Counted from the first letter of the stretch, positions 35,761-45,330 are shown. The stretch is DNA of 64,000 nt from Candidatus Omnitrophota bacterium (GCA_003598135.1 QZKA01000026.1:11258-75257); one strand, 5' to 3'. The notes: generated by a model from the letters alone, not told the origin. Numbers and translations: made by a program.

Positions 35761-35955
35761 CTACAAGCGCTCTAATTCCTCCTGTACTACCTTCGACTTC
35801 TTCCAATAATCCTGTACCTTTACTTTTAATTCTTCGCGCGACATATTACTTTCGAGATCTTCGTGTAGGAGTTCATTAAGTAATATCTGTACGTCCAGCA
35901 CGAAATTTATTGCCTGCCCCTTGATTGACTTCCTGCCCGATCCGTGTCCCCCCAT
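35761..35955 (-). CDS. Hypothetical early protein
   Basis: Abuts the cro stop; MGG.GSGR start. Confidence 0.55.
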   Translation of the reverse strand: MGGHGSGRKSIKGQAINFVLDVQILLNELLHEDLESNMSREELKVKVQDYWKKSKVVQEELERL

Positions 35956-36192
35956 TTAGTCCTCCTGTTCTATCTCGCGGTCTAACGTTAATAGCTCAGA
36001 AGCGTCAAGCCCGGTCAGTAGGCAAAGCTTGCGGAGCATCTGCCATGACGGATGCTTCGGTTTTTTTTCGTCAAGCCATTGCGATATGAGGCTATCATCG
36101 CAGCCAAGCTCCAGCGCAAGCTGCCGTTGATTCCACCCCTTGAGTTCCATCCACTTATTCAGTTTTCCTGTGATTCTAAACGCTCCCTTCAT
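35956..36192 (-). CDS. Cro-like XRE HTH regulator
   Basis: WNQRQLALELGCDDSLISQW HTH; divergent from cI. Confidence 0.85.
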   Translation of the reverse strand: MKGAFRITGKLNKWMELKGWNQRQLALELGCDDSLISQWLDEKKPKHPSWQMLRKLCLLTGLDASELLTLDREIEQED

Positions 36193-36261
36193 GCGATCCT
36201 CCGATTTACTTTATGTATCACTCGTTGGTTAAAAAAAATTGCTCCCTGGCGTTTCAAGGCA

Positions 36262-36411
36262 ATGATACTACTTTTTGTAATCTTGTCAAGCGTTTTTTTA
36301 CAAAAAGTGGTATTCATATTTTTATGTTCTAAAAATTCCGTCGGTAATGCTACTTTTTGTATGACTTAAAATATTTGACTAAGCCTACTTACTGTAGTAT
36401 AAAAGTTGTCA
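36262..36411. promoter_or_regulatory. cI/cro switch: divergent promoters and repeated operator-like boxes
   Basis: Leftward TTGACA(36289-84)-16-TATCAT; rightward TTGACT(36375)-17-TATAAA; TACTACTTTTTGTAA-like boxes at 36266, 36298 (inverted) and 36348. Confidence 0.7.
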
Positions 36412-36461
36412 AGTATGGTTTTTCCCCACAAAAAAAATCGGTATGCTAAAATCGCATAATC

Positions 36462-37046
36462 ATGCTGCTTAAAGACCGCATCAGACAATTAAGGGAAGAT
36501 AAAAAACTCCTACAGAAAGAATTCGCCAAAAAGCTCGGCGTATCTAAGCCTACGGTGTCAGCCTGGGAGCAGGGATCAAGGTATCCTAACTCTACCCAAC
36601 GCAAAAAAATATGTGAGTTCTTTGGAATCAGCGAAGCAATGCTTTTTGGTTTGCCGAAGGTGGAGATTGAAGATGCTATCATCCCTATCGTTTCTTCCGT
36701 AGGTGCCACGGACGATCTTGGACGCGCGGCATTTGAGGCGTTCGATCCACCCTATAAAACGATATCTTTTAAAGATTGCAAAGCGGTCGTGGTAGACTCA
36801 AACAGTATGGCGCCGATTGCGTATAAAGGACAGAAGATTATTTACTGCGAAACAGAGCCGGTTCACAACGGGGACCTCGTGTTTATAAAACTCAAAAAGG
36901 GGGCGCAGCTGTTCAAACGCTTTCACAAAAATCACGATAACATTATCACGCTCCAGAGCGTTAACCCTACAGAATCCTTTGATCCTATTCCGGTACACGA
37001 AAAGGAGATTGAATTCTGCTACAAGGTCATGGGAGTGAAGTTTTGA
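36462..37046 (+). CDS. CI-like repressor (XRE HTH + S24 peptidase)
   Basis: HTH LQKEFAKKLGVSKPTVSAWE; SMAP catalytic Ser, FKRF Lys, LQSVNP. Confidence 0.92.
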   Translation: MLLKDRIRQLREDKKLLQKEFAKKLGVSKPTVSAWEQGSRYPNSTQRKKICEFFGISEAMLFGLPKVEIEDAIIPIVSSVGATDDLGRAAFEAFDPPYKTISFKDCKAVVVDSNSMAPIAYKGQKIIYCETEPVHNGDLVFIKLKKGAQLFKRFHKNHDNIITLQSVNPTESFDPIPVHEKEIEFCYKVMGVKF

Positions 37047-37552
37047 AAAGGCATACCTTAATATATATTTTTCTCTTGCTTCTCTCCGGATGCGCAACGC
37101 TTTCTTCCCTGCCGCAGACTATCGATGGTGTCGATTTCAATTCGCTTAAGACCGGTCGGACCGCCATGTGGACGTACGAAGACGAAACAGTCTTTAATAA
37201 TATGGATAAAGAAATGATCTTCCTTGCGGCAAAGCATGGTCTTTCCGCAAGCGGATTCGTGATCAGAAAAGCCTCGTTCGAAGATGGGGTATTGCTTGGG
37301 TACCACGATACGACAGCCCACGACTGGAACGTCGTTGCCGGAGTCTACATTAAGCAATCCGGAGAAAAAACGGCAGTCAAGGTTATCGCAAAAACCTCAA
37401 AGGATTTTTCATTGGTCGGTAATATCGGGGATACTACTTCCGCAAGCTGGCCGCAGCTCATTATCAGCGCAATGCAGGATTATATAGTAAAGGAGTCTCT
37501 TACTGCTAATAAACCTGCCAAGCACTTAAAGGTGAATGGAACTGAAAGATAG
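37043..37552 (+). CDS. Lipoprotein (possible superinfection exclusion)
   Basis: Lipobox LLLSGC; co-transcribed with cI. Function inferred from position. Confidence 0.7.
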   Translation: MKRHTLIYIFLLLLSGCATLSSLPQTIDGVDFNSLKTGRTAMWTYEDETVFNNMDKEMIFLAAKHGLSASGFVIRKASFEDGVLLGYHDTTAHDWNVVAGVYIKQSGEKTAVKVIAKTSKDFSLVGNIGDTTSASWPQLIISAMQDYIVKESLTANKPAKHLKVNGTER

Positions 37553-37733
37553 AATTAAGGAATTAAGGGGAAAAAAGCGTCTTACGCAGGCCCAGCTGGC
37601 CGAAGGGACAATGGTTGACCAGTCTACTGTCTCTTATTGGGAAAAGGGCCGCCAGGAGCCTAACGCGGCGCAAAGGAAGCAACTCTGCCGATTCCTGGGA
37701 ATCACCCAATCAGAACTCTTTAAGGGTTTATGA
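37536..37733 (+). CDS. Small XRE HTH protein, paralogous to CI N-domain
   Basis: LKDRI.ELR....TVS.WE.G...PN..QRK..C.F.GI....LF shared with CI. Confidence 0.85.
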   Translation: MELKDRIKELRGKKRLTQAQLAEGTMVDQSTVSYWEKGRQEPNAAQRKQLCRFLGITQSELFKGL

Positions 37734-37891
37734 AAACCGGCATCAAGCTTATCCTGAAACTTATCGGTTATGGTTTCCTTATCTACTATCTTGTTATCTG
37801 CAGCATCGCTAATTGGACCGGCAAGACTCAATATCTCCGCTTCCCCTGGGGTAACACTCCCATTCGATCATACCAAGACGTAGATCCATGA
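37730..37891 (+). CDS. 53-aa membrane peptide (not in ORF track)
   Basis: MKTGIKLILKLIGYGFLIYYLVICSIANW...; ATGA overlaps with both neighbours. Confidence 0.55.
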   Translation: MKTGIKLILKLIGYGFLIYYLVICSIANWTGKTQYLRFPWGNTPIRSYQDVDP

Positions 37892-38901
37892 GTTCTCTCT
37901 ACCGCCGCAGTGGTATCTACTGGCTCTCTTACCGTCAATATGGGAAGGGCCATTGTATGAGTCTTGAAACCCGGGATCGGTCTACCGCACTCTATAAAAA
38001 AGCCGAAAAAGACAAAGAGCTGATTGAGGGTAGAAGCGTGATCCCTAAAGCGAATGCCACGTGCGCTCCCCTATTGGAAGAATTTCACAACTACAATCTG
38101 CACCGCAAGACAAAAGACGCCAATTCAGATGATTGCAGCAGGATTAAGAAGTTTCTTTCCTGGGCCGGTATCTCATCGTTTAATCAAATCACTGAACAGC
38201 GACTGCAGGAATACCTTAACCATCGCTTCTCTACAGAAAAAATAGCCCCGCGCACGGCGAATATGATCATCACCAATCTTAAAACTTGGCTCAATTTTTG
38301 CGTTAAGAATAGGAGGATACCGGAAAATCCCCTGGCGCGCATGAAGAAGTTTAAAGAACCGGTTAATCCTAAGCGATTCCTCAGCCGCGAAGAGATCAAC
38401 TCTTTGCTCAAAGAGACTCAAAACGATGAGCATTACTGTAACGGGGACGCTTCACTGTATCCGGTAATTGCGATGGGGATATACGCCGGGTTGCGTAAGC
38501 AAGAAATATTCAGCCTGGACTGGCAGGATATCAATTTCAAACGCGAGGAAATAACGGTCAGGAATAAAGCTAACTTTGCTCCAAAATCGAGGAATTTCAG
38601 GGTTGTGCCATTGCACGAGAATCTCAAGAAGATACTGAAGCCTTTGGTCAAGAATAGCGGCCGGTGCTTCGATGTTACGAATCAACGCAGGATATTCGGC
38701 AGGATTACAAAAAAAGCCAATCTTACAGGGATTGGCTGGCATACCTTGCGACACACCTTTGCTTCTCAGCTTGTCATGGCTGGGGTTGACCTGGCTACCG
38801 TGGCTAAACTGCTGGGCCACTCAAGCATCACCACTACGATGATCTACAGCCACCTTTCTCCGGACCATGTCCGGGGGGCTATAGATAAACTCAGCTTCTA
38901 A
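37888..38901 (+). CDS. int: Tyrosine recombinase / phage integrase
   Basis: YAGLR..E, K, HTLRHTFAS, LGHS...T.IY catalytic R-K-H-R-H-Y set; N-terminal arm-binding domain. Confidence 0.96.
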   Translation: MSSLYRRSGIYWLSYRQYGKGHCMSLETRDRSTALYKKAEKDKELIEGRSVIPKANATCAPLLEEFHNYNLHRKTKDANSDDCSRIKKFLSWAGISSFNQITEQRLQEYLNHRFSTEKIAPRTANMIITNLKTWLNFCVKNRRIPENPLARMKKFKEPVNPKRFLSREEINSLLKETQNDEHYCNGDASLYPVIAMGIYAGLRKQEIFSLDWQDINFKREEITVRNKANFAPKSRNFRVVPLHENLKKILKPLVKNSGRCFDVTNQRRIFGRITKKANLTGIGWHTLRHTFASQLVMAGVDLATVAKLLGHSSITTTMIYSHLSPDHVRGAIDKLSF

Positions 38902-38902
38902 A

Positions 38903-38924
38903 AATCACTACATTAATCACTACA
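38903..38924 (+). repeat. Tandem AATCACTACA direct repeats (arm-type Int sites)
   Basis: Two exact 10-mers at 38903 and 38915 between the int stop and the att core. Confidence 0.65.
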
Positions 38925-38977
38925 GTCTTTCTCTAATCTCGTTACATTCCAGTAGGTTAGGTTGGTAATGCTTAAGC

Positions 38978-39014
38978 TTATGAGTCACCTGCTCTACCAC
39001 TGAGCTATGGGCCC
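38978..39014 (-). tRNA. 5' half of tRNA-Ile2(CAU), interrupted at the anticodon loop (att junction)
   Basis: GGGCCCA-TA-GCTC-AGTGGTA-GAGC-A-GGTGA-CTCATAA, then GCTTAAG instead of TCACC; no T arm follows. Confidence 0.85.
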
Positions 39015-39217
39015 CAAAATCTAGACCTTTACCATCACATAGCGAATCCGCTAATGTATTATAGCGGAGCGCTATGGGCCCTTGACACATTATTATAATA
39101 GCCGCAAACTCGCAAGACCGCGAAATTATGTCAAAATGTAACATTATATGATACTATTTTTAAAGTATTTTGGCAAGACAAAAATTGTTAAAAAATAAAG
39201 AAATAGAGCTGCTCCTC

Positions 39218-39246
39218 TTGAATAAACCGTAACGCTGTGGCATACT
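39218..39246 (+). promoter_or_regulatory. sigma70 promoter
   Basis: TTGAAT-17 bp-CATACT with extended TG, just before the riboswitch. Confidence 0.65.
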
Positions 39247-39252
39247 TTAATT

Positions 39253-39343
39253 GCCGATAAAAGCAAACTATCCGAAAGGGTAGGACGCAAAGCTACAGGG
39301 CCTAAAGACCGCGCAAGCGGAACATGGTAGCCAGTTGCCGAAG
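39253..39343 (+). ncRNA. c-di-GMP-I (GEMM) class riboswitch, A20 variant
   Basis: AAGCAAACTATCC-GAAA-GGGTAGGACGCAAAGCTAC.GGGCCTAAA...GGTAGCCAGTTGCCGAA fits the GEMM consensus. Confidence 0.85.
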
Positions 39344-39367
39344 CGAACGCAGGGCCACAAAAAACCC

Positions 39368-39400
39368 GCGCCGACCGCTTTTTATCGGCGTTTTTATTTT
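39368..39400 (+). terminator. Intrinsic terminator of riboswitch expression platform
   Basis: CGCCGA...TCGGCG then TTTTTATTTT; TTTTATCGGC is also complementary to the leader GCCGATAAAA. Confidence 0.7.
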
Positions 39401-39438
39401 GTAGGTAGTAAAGAAATTTGGAACGGTGGGCGTGCTGT

Positions 39439-39645
39439 CTAAAAAATCGTCTTCTTGGCTTTCTTATACCACGGACAATCCCAACAATAGGTAAAATCCT
39501 TCGGGCTTTTCGGATGGAAACTGTCACCTAACCAACAGTACCTACCAAGGTCGTTCTTGAAGGCGCGGCATCCCTGCTTTGCCTCTTTCGAACATTGCCA
39601 GAACTCCCAGCAATTTTGGGGTCCTTCTGAATTATCGCGCCTCAT
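39439..39645 (-). CDS. Small Cys-rich two-CW-like domain protein
   Basis: NCWEFWQC...C.AF....GRYCW...C.DC.WY; GGAGGAGG RBS before ATG 39645. Confidence 0.7.
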   Translation of the reverse strand: MRRDNSEGPQNCWEFWQCSKEAKQGCRAFKNDLGRYCWLGDSFHPKSPKDFTYCWDCPWYKKAKKTIF

Positions 39646-39874
39646 CTCCCCCTCCTCCACCTTACCGAGAGATGCGCTCACGCACAAACGCTTCTTCTAG
39701 TATCATCCTACTGCGTTAAAATGATTTGTCAACAAAAATAAAGGTTGTCATAATGCTGGATATTTGCGGGTTTAGGCTGCAAACAAAGCCTGCGGGGTGA
39801 TTTCTGTTTTGCGGCCTAAGAAAACTTAAAGAATAGGAAATTCTTAGTTTTTGAGGAAAAGCCAGAAAGGAATG

Positions 39875-40204
39875 TTATGTGTTCTTGAGGAGATGGTAGC
39901 TTCCCATCAAGTCAGTTTCTTCCAGGTCAATCCCTGCCATATATCTATTACAAATGGTAGATTTTGACCAAACGACCATGCCGCGGGTAAACAGGGGTTC
40001 TTGATGGTGTGGGAAATACAGCCATATACCTACAATCATACGCACAGAGAGTTCTTCGCTTGTTACAAGGCAAAGGCCTTTAGCGCAGACATTGTAAGTC
40101 TCGGCATCGTTGTTGTAATACGAATCTGAGCTGCAATACTTCACCGCGAGCCTTGCTGAGCAACGTTCAAATACCCTCCGGTCTTCAAAACCTAGGTCAT
40201 CCAT
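39875..40204 (-). CDS. Stand-alone PilZ domain protein
   Basis: DRRVFER (RxxxR) and NVCAKG (D/NxSxxG-like), G.VVW, GI motifs. Confidence 0.85.
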   Translation of the reverse strand: MDDLGFEDRRVFERCSARLAVKYCSSDSYYNNDAETYNVCAKGLCLVTSEELSVRMIVGIWLYFPHHQEPLFTRGMVVWSKSTICNRYMAGIDLEETDLMGSYHLLKNT

Positions 40205-40244
40205 CTCTCTCCTGTATGCCGGTAATAAAAAGACCGCGCTGCCC

Positions 40245-40335
40245 CCTTTTCCGGCAACCCGGCTATCGAAAACCGCTACATTCGACCCGTAGGCTTTCCG
40301 CTTCTCAAATACACGAGATTTGGCTTTTTCGGTGA
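40245..40335 (-). ncRNA. c-di-GMP-I riboswitch (G20) upstream of PilZ gene
   Basis: AAAGCCAAATCTC...GAGAAGCGGAAAGCCTACGGGTC...GATAGCCGGGTTGCCGG core motif; tetraloop/receptor degenerate. Confidence 0.72.
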
Positions 40336-40438
40336 AGGATTGCTCCTAATATAATAATAATTAATAATTAACAAAAATCAAGGGGTCAAAGGGGCCTGGA
40401 AGAAAGCGTTTTCACAAGAGAAAACAAAATACCGGGAT

Positions 40439-41971
40439 CTAGAATTCTCTTTCGTGGGTCACGCTCATGTCAAGGAAGGCGCGCAGCCTCCTTGAACGGG
40501 TAGGATGTCTGAGTTTCTTCAATACCTTTGCCTCAATCTGGCGAATTCTTTCTCTAGTGACCTTGAAAATATTGCCGACTTCTTCAAGGGTCCTCGGACA
40601 GCCGTCCTGAATGCCAAAACGAAGCATCAGTATCTTACGTTCCTTATCTGCGAGAGTATTAAGTATACAATCCATCTCTTCCTTAAGCATCGAACGCACC
40701 GCGGTATTTGCAGGAGAGGCTATCTTTTTGTCCTGTATGAAATCCCCGAAATGAGTATCTCCTTCGTCACCTATAGGCATTTGCAGCGATATTGGTTTCT
40801 GCGCAAATTTTAATATTGCCTTGATTTTACCTCTGGAAAGACGCATTTTCTGGGCGATTTCTTCGGGACGCGGCTCGCGGTCATTTTCCTGAAGAAAGAC
40901 CCGGGAGAAGCGTATAATCTTATTGATAGTTTCAGTCATATGTACGGGTATGCGTATAGTCCTTGCCTGATCAGCTATGGCCCTGGTAATCGCTTGCCTT
41001 ATCCACCAAGTAGCATAGGTAGAAAATTTATAGCCGCGCTTATACTCAAACTTTTCCACCGCCCTCATCAGGCCGATATTTCCTTCCTGGATAAGATCTA
41101 AGAAAGAAAGCCCCCGGTTATTATATTTTTTTGCGATGCTGACGACCAATCTTAGGTTTGCCTCGACAAGCCTCTCTTTTGCGTGTTTAAATTTCATATA
41201 GGCATAGCGGACCATTTTCATCTGCTCTTTAATCTTGGCATAGGACCCGCCGATCTCTCGGATTATTTCGCGCCTGCGTCGGATGCGCCTTTTTTTCTGC
41301 TTCTCGATGTTATCAAGCTCCCTTACAAGTTTGTTGAGTTTGCGTACTATCGACTCCACAATGGAGACGGTGAAATTGAATTTAAGCGATAGCGTCAGGC
41401 ACTTCTGTTCATCCTTTGTCTTCTTCAGGCGGTCGGCTATCCTTCTGAACCTATTTAAGACGCTGCGGTGCCCTGTTTGAAGTTCCCCCTTTATCACCTC
41501 TTCTACATTGGTTTTCTCATCGAGAATGTCCTTAACGAACAACAAAATCATGTTTCTGGCAAATTTGGTGACAAGGACTGCCCTCCTGAACTTCTCCTCC
41601 GCTTCTTCGATCTTTTTGGCAAGCAGTATTTCTTCTTCGCGCGAAAGTAAAGGGATAGAGCCCATCTGTTTCAAGTACATTTTGACTGGGTCGTCTAACG
41701 GCAAGAAGCGCTCTTCTCCTTTTAGCTGCTCTTCCAGCACCGTTTCTTCCTTAAGCAGGGTAATATGTTTCTCGAGGTCTAATTCTTGTTCGTTCTCGAC
41801 CAGCTGGATATCTTCGTTTCCGAGTATATCGAAAATTTGGTCGATTTCCTCCGAAGAAGAAACGCTCTCGGGCAGTAAATCGTTTACTTCATCGTAAGTC
41901 AAGAAGCCTTTTTGCTTCCCGAGTGCGATAATTTTTTCTACATCGTCTTTAGTATATACTCTCTTCTTCAT
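40439..41971 (-). CDS. rpoD: RNA polymerase primary sigma factor
   Basis: Regions 1.1/1.2, [36 protein letters not shown]. Confidence 0.97.
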   Translation of the reverse strand: MKKRVYTKDDVEKIIALGKQKGFLTYDEVNDLLPESVSSSEEIDQIFDILGNEDIQLVENEQELDLEKHITLLKEETVLEEQLKGEERFLPLDDPVKMYLKQMGSIPLLSREEEILLAKKIEEAEEKFRRAVLVTKFARNMILLFVKDILDEKTNVEEVIKGELQTGHRSVLNRFRRIADRLKKTKDEQKCLTLSLKFNFTVSIVESIVRKLNKLVRELDNIEKQKKRRIRRRREIIREIGGSYAKIKEQMKMVRYAYMKFKHAKERLVEANLRLVVSIAKKYNNRGLSFLDLIQEGNIGLMRAVEKFEYKRGYKFSTYATWWIRQAITRAIADQARTIRIPVHMTETINKIIRFSRVFLQENDREPRPEEIAQKMRLSRGKIKAILKFAQKPISLQMPIGDEGDTHFGDFIQDKKIASPANTAVRSMLKEEMDCILNTLADKERKILMLRFGIQDGCPRTLEEVGNIFKVTRERIRQIEAKVLKKLRHPTRSRRLRAFLDMSVTHEREF

Positions 41972-43743
41972 CCGGTCCCTCGCCTTGTTTTTATTAAAGT
42001 ATCGAATTCGGCTATTAATTTATGCAATCGTTCTTCGTCGCCTTTTTCTTGGGCAGCCTTTATCTCTTCTTGTAGGCACTGCCGCTTAAATGTCAATTTC
42101 TTGGCCTTAAGTCTTTGGACGCAGTCTGCAAGGATTTTTTCCCTGTTCTCGATGTTAATGTCGGGTAGAAATGTGGATTCGCACAAAAGCCGTGTCGCCT
42201 CAGCATCCCCAAGATGGGTAAGCAGCTTGGAAGGCTCGATGCCTTTGCCCTGAGCGATACAATCAAACATGAGAGTGACAATTTTAGCAGTTCGTTCATC
42301 CAAAAAATCATCCGGCTCAAGTTTATCTTTTAATTCGGCAATGATTGCGTCTTCTTCCAGCATAAGCTTGATTAAGAATTGCTCGACGGAATGTATGGAT
42401 TTTTGCGCAACCACAGCAGGCGATGCAGCAAGCCCGCGTTCTTTTCCTCCTGTGTGAAAAAGCTTCGCCTCCTGAAGGAGCGCCTCCTCTTTCACCTTAA
42501 GCTCCTGTGCCAACTTCTTAAAGTATTCCGATTTTACTACTGGCCTTCTGAATTTCTGTATTGTAGACAGCATCTCCGAACAAATCTTTTCTTTCCCTTC
42601 GATTTCTTTGGCGTCATAACGCGATTTCAAAACTGACATCTTATAATCAAAGAGGGGCTGCGCTTTGAGTATAAGTGCCCTAAAACATTCTATGCCGTTT
42701 TTCCTAATAAATAAATCTGGGTCCTGCCCTTCAGGCAAAGATACTACCCGCACCTGCATATCTTCTTCGATAAAAATATCCAGTGCCCTTATGGTGGCGA
42801 TCTGCCCTGAAGCATCTCCATCATACACCATTACCACGTTATGCGTATATCGCTTGATGAGACGGGCCTGTTCTGCAGTCAAAGCAGTTCCGGAAGAGGC
42901 AACAACGTTACGGACCCCCTGTTGGAACGCGGAAATAAAATCAAGGTAGCCCTCGACCACAACCGCTGCATCTAAGTCCCTGATCACATCCTTTGATAAC
43001 CAAAGGCCATAAAGATTTTTTCCTTTTATGTACAACGGCGTTTCGGGAGAATTGATATATTTGGGAAGGGTCTTATCGAGCACCCTCGCCCCAAACCCGA
43101 TCACCCTTGCCTTGACGTCGAGAATAGGAAAGATAATGCGATTACGAAATCTATCATAATATCCGCCGCCTTCCTTGGGCACTACAAGCCCTGCCTTCTC
43201 CATCAAGGAAAGATTTATCCCTTTACTTCTTAAGTGGTTGATCAACGCATCCCATTTCTCTACCGCAAAACCCATCCTGAAGGCTTTGATTGCTTCTTGA
43301 GGTATGCCCCTTTTCAAAAGATATTCTCTTGCCTGTGTACCGCAAGGAACACTGAGGTTATTTTCGTAGAAACTCGCCGCCGTCTCGCATGCCTTCTGCA
43401 GTTGAGCGTTAATCCCCGAAGATTCCTTCGTGTCATACGAAAGGCTTTCCGGAATAACGACTCCCGCTTTTTTCGCTAAAATCTCTACAGCCTCGGGAAA
43501 CTCTATTCTCTCAAACTGCATAAGGAAGTTAAATACGTTCCCTCCGGCGCCACAACCGAAGCAGTGATATATCTGTTTATCGGTAGACACCATAAATGAT
43601 GGTGTTTTCTCCTGATGAAACGGACATAGCGCCCTGAAATTCCTTCCTGCGCGCTTCAACGGTATGAATTCGGAAACAACCTCAACAATATTCACCCGGC
43701 TTAAAACAGTTTCGACTATGTGATCGGGTATTCTTCCCTTCAT
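41968..43743 (-). CDS. dnaG: DNA primase
   Basis: CPFH.EKTPSF zinc finger, [24 protein letters not shown]. Confidence 0.97.
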   Translation of the reverse strand: MKGRIPDHIVETVLSRVNIVEVVSEFIPLKRAGRNFRALCPFHQEKTPSFMVSTDKQIYHCFGCGAGGNVFNFLMQFERIEFPEAVEILAKKAGVVIPESLSYDTKESSGINAQLQKACETAASFYENNLSVPCGTQAREYLLKRGIPQEAIKAFRMGFAVEKWDALINHLRSKGINLSLMEKAGLVVPKEGGGYYDRFRNRIIFPILDVKARVIGFGARVLDKTLPKYINSPETPLYIKGKNLYGLWLSKDVIRDLDAAVVVEGYLDFISAFQQGVRNVVASSGTALTAEQARLIKRYTHNVVMVYDGDASGQIATIRALDIFIEEDMQVRVVSLPEGQDPDLFIRKNGIECFRALILKAQPLFDYKMSVLKSRYDAKEIEGKEKICSEMLSTIQKFRRPVVKSEYFKKLAQELKVKEEALLQEAKLFHTGGKERGLAASPAVVAQKSIHSVEQFLIKLMLEEDAIIAELKDKLEPDDFLDERTAKIVTLMFDCIAQGKGIEPSKLLTHLGDAEATRLLCESTFLPDINIENREKILADCVQRLKAKKLTFKRQCLQEEIKAAQEKGDEERLHKLIAEFDTLIKTRRGTG

Positions 43744-43744
43744 T

Positions 43745-44617
43745 CTATTTCCTTTTAAATCGCCGAAAACCGGAACAGCTAATCACCGTCAGCGAATGCC
43801 GCTTTTCCACCTTATCTAAAAGCAGATTGAGCCCGAGCGTATCAGAAGAAACATGGCCTGCAATGACCACGCTCAGGCCAGAATCCTTGACCTTCTTAAA
43901 ATGCTCCTCGCTTAAGTGCATCGCCACTATTGTGCGCGCCCCAGCTTTATAGAGCGGTTCGTAAACGCCCTGTGGGCCTTCGGTTCCTCCGGTCATCTCA
44001 AGGAAAACCTCTCCTACGGGACGATGAGGATTACCTATGATAATACGTGGCCCCATAGATTCCTTCTCAGCAAGTTGATATTCTGGTTCTTCAAGTAAAA
44101 TCGTAATGATGTCCTTGACGGTTCTTGGTTTTTTCTTATCCAAGAGCCCTTTAAGAAAATAGGCTGCGTGATTGTCCGCCGGCGTATGCACACACATAAA
44201 AGGAAGTTTAAGCAGCCTTGCGGCATCCACTGCCCGCATATGATTTGCAGGAGCAAGCCTGCGCTCGACTTCCCGCATTCGTTCATCCAAAAGCCCTTTT
44301 GCTACCCTTAAAGAGACACCGGCATTCTTTAAAAGATCAACCTGCAGCCTCATTACGTTGAAAAGGCTGGCATATGCGGTCCCCTCGGGATGGTGCGACA
44401 GGGCCAAATCAAGCCCCTCTCGGCTCCTAATCGCATCAGCTAAAAGAAGCTCGGAAACCTCAATATCGATACCTACCAGCAATTTCGACACCGCGGTATC
44501 CGGCCTCCCGTAAAGGATGCCGCTATCGGCATAAGAAGCAATCTTTGATTTCTTGCTTCTCGGGTCGCATTCCTTGCCGAATCGTACAACCAGATTATAG
44601 AACTCGGATAATTTCAT
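43745..44617 (-). CDS. NIF3 (NGG1p interacting factor)-like protein
   Basis: GID, HHP.G, HTPADN, MTGGT, MH, AGH.SSD metal motifs. Confidence 0.8.
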   Translation of the reverse strand: MKLSEFYNLVVRFGKECDPRSKKSKIASYADSGILYGRPDTAVSKLLVGIDIEVSELLLADAIRSREGLDLALSHHPEGTAYASLFNVMRLQVDLLKNAGVSLRVAKGLLDERMREVERRLAPANHMRAVDAARLLKLPFMCVHTPADNHAAYFLKGLLDKKKPRTVKDIITILLEEPEYQLAEKESMGPRIIIGNPHRPVGEVFLEMTGGTEGPQGVYEPLYKAGARTIVAMHLSEEHFKKVKDSGLSVVIAGHVSSDTLGLNLLLDKVEKRHSLTVISCSGFRRFKRK

Positions 44618-45192
44618 GAATTAATACTATCCTGGACTTCCTGGATAGTTTCATTGAACCTTTCGCCTGTCATGAATTTTGACATCACGTGACGCCACAG
44701 CCAGCTGTACGTGGAAGGCGCTACCTTAACAAAAGAACTCCCAGAAAGGGAACTGAGGGCGCTATTTCTTAAGTAGCTGATCGAAGAGATTACTAGCATG
44801 AAAACAATGAGCCCAGACAAAAGGATAGACCTAAGGAACCCTAACGTTATGCCTCCTATCTTATTCACGCGAGGCACCGCCTCCATTTTGATGAACCGGG
44901 CGAAGACCGAACGAAACACAAAGAAGAAAAGGTCCGCGCTCACCACAATAAAAACAAAAAAGATAAAATCAAGGAAATCCAGAGGCGCGACTTTAAGATC
45001 GAAGCGGTCTCTGAAAAAATCAGATACAGGGGTGTAATAGTGAAGAGAGAAATATATCGCACACACAGTTCCCAGAAACCTAAACAATTCGTGCGGGAAG
45101 CCGTTTTTTAAAGCGATGTAACAGGTTCTGGCAAAGATAATTAAAATAACAATATCGACCCAATTTATCCGTGCAAATGCCTCAAGTATCAT
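44614..45192 (-). CDS. CvpA family membrane protein
   Basis: NWVD.....G...E, four TM helices, GG..G. Confidence 0.8.
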   Translation of the reverse strand: MILEAFARINWVDIVILIIFARTCYIALKNGFPHELFRFLGTVCAIYFSLHYYTPVSDFFRDRFDLKVAPLDFLDFIFFVFIVVSADLFFFVFRSVFARFIKMEAVPRVNKIGGITLGFLRSILLSGLIVFMLVISSISYLRNSALSSLSGSSFVKVAPSTYSWLWRHVMSKFMTGERFNETIQEVQDSINS

Positions 45193-45265
45193 AAGATAAT
45201 AAAAATTTTTACAAGTATATCATATAAAAAGCGGTTTGTCAAGAAAGCGCTTTCTTTACCTATAT

Positions 45266-45297
45266 AAAAGAGAAGGGGCGAAGTTTCCCTCGCCCCT
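45266..45297 (-). terminator. Terminator after groEL
   Basis: AGGGGCGA-GGGAAACT-TCGCCCCT-TCTCTTTT. Confidence 0.75.
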
Positions 45298-45330
45298 GCA
45301 AACAGTTACGTAAAACCCTTCAAAAACTGT

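Larger units (their letters stand above)
1..38984. mobile_element. Temperate podovirus-like prophage (right portion; left end outside window), integrated at tRNA-Ile2(CAU) anticodon loop
   Basis: Contiguous terminase-portal-scaffold-capsid-tail tube-ejection protein module, RecT/YqaJ/SSB, cI/cro pair and tyrosine integrase ending 77 bp from a truncated tRNA; housekeeping genes resume to the right. Confidence 0.95.

Noticed and set aside
38902-38977. Group I intron in the tRNA-Ile(CAU) anticodon loop (Azoarcus-type)
   Set aside because: Only ~75 nt separate the loop from the integrase stop; no intron core or 3' exon is visible; arm-type repeats fit an att site.
38920-39527. Minus-strand ORFs 38920-39144 and 39144-39527
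   Set aside because: They overlap the tRNA half, att site and riboswitch; no RBS or protein motifs.
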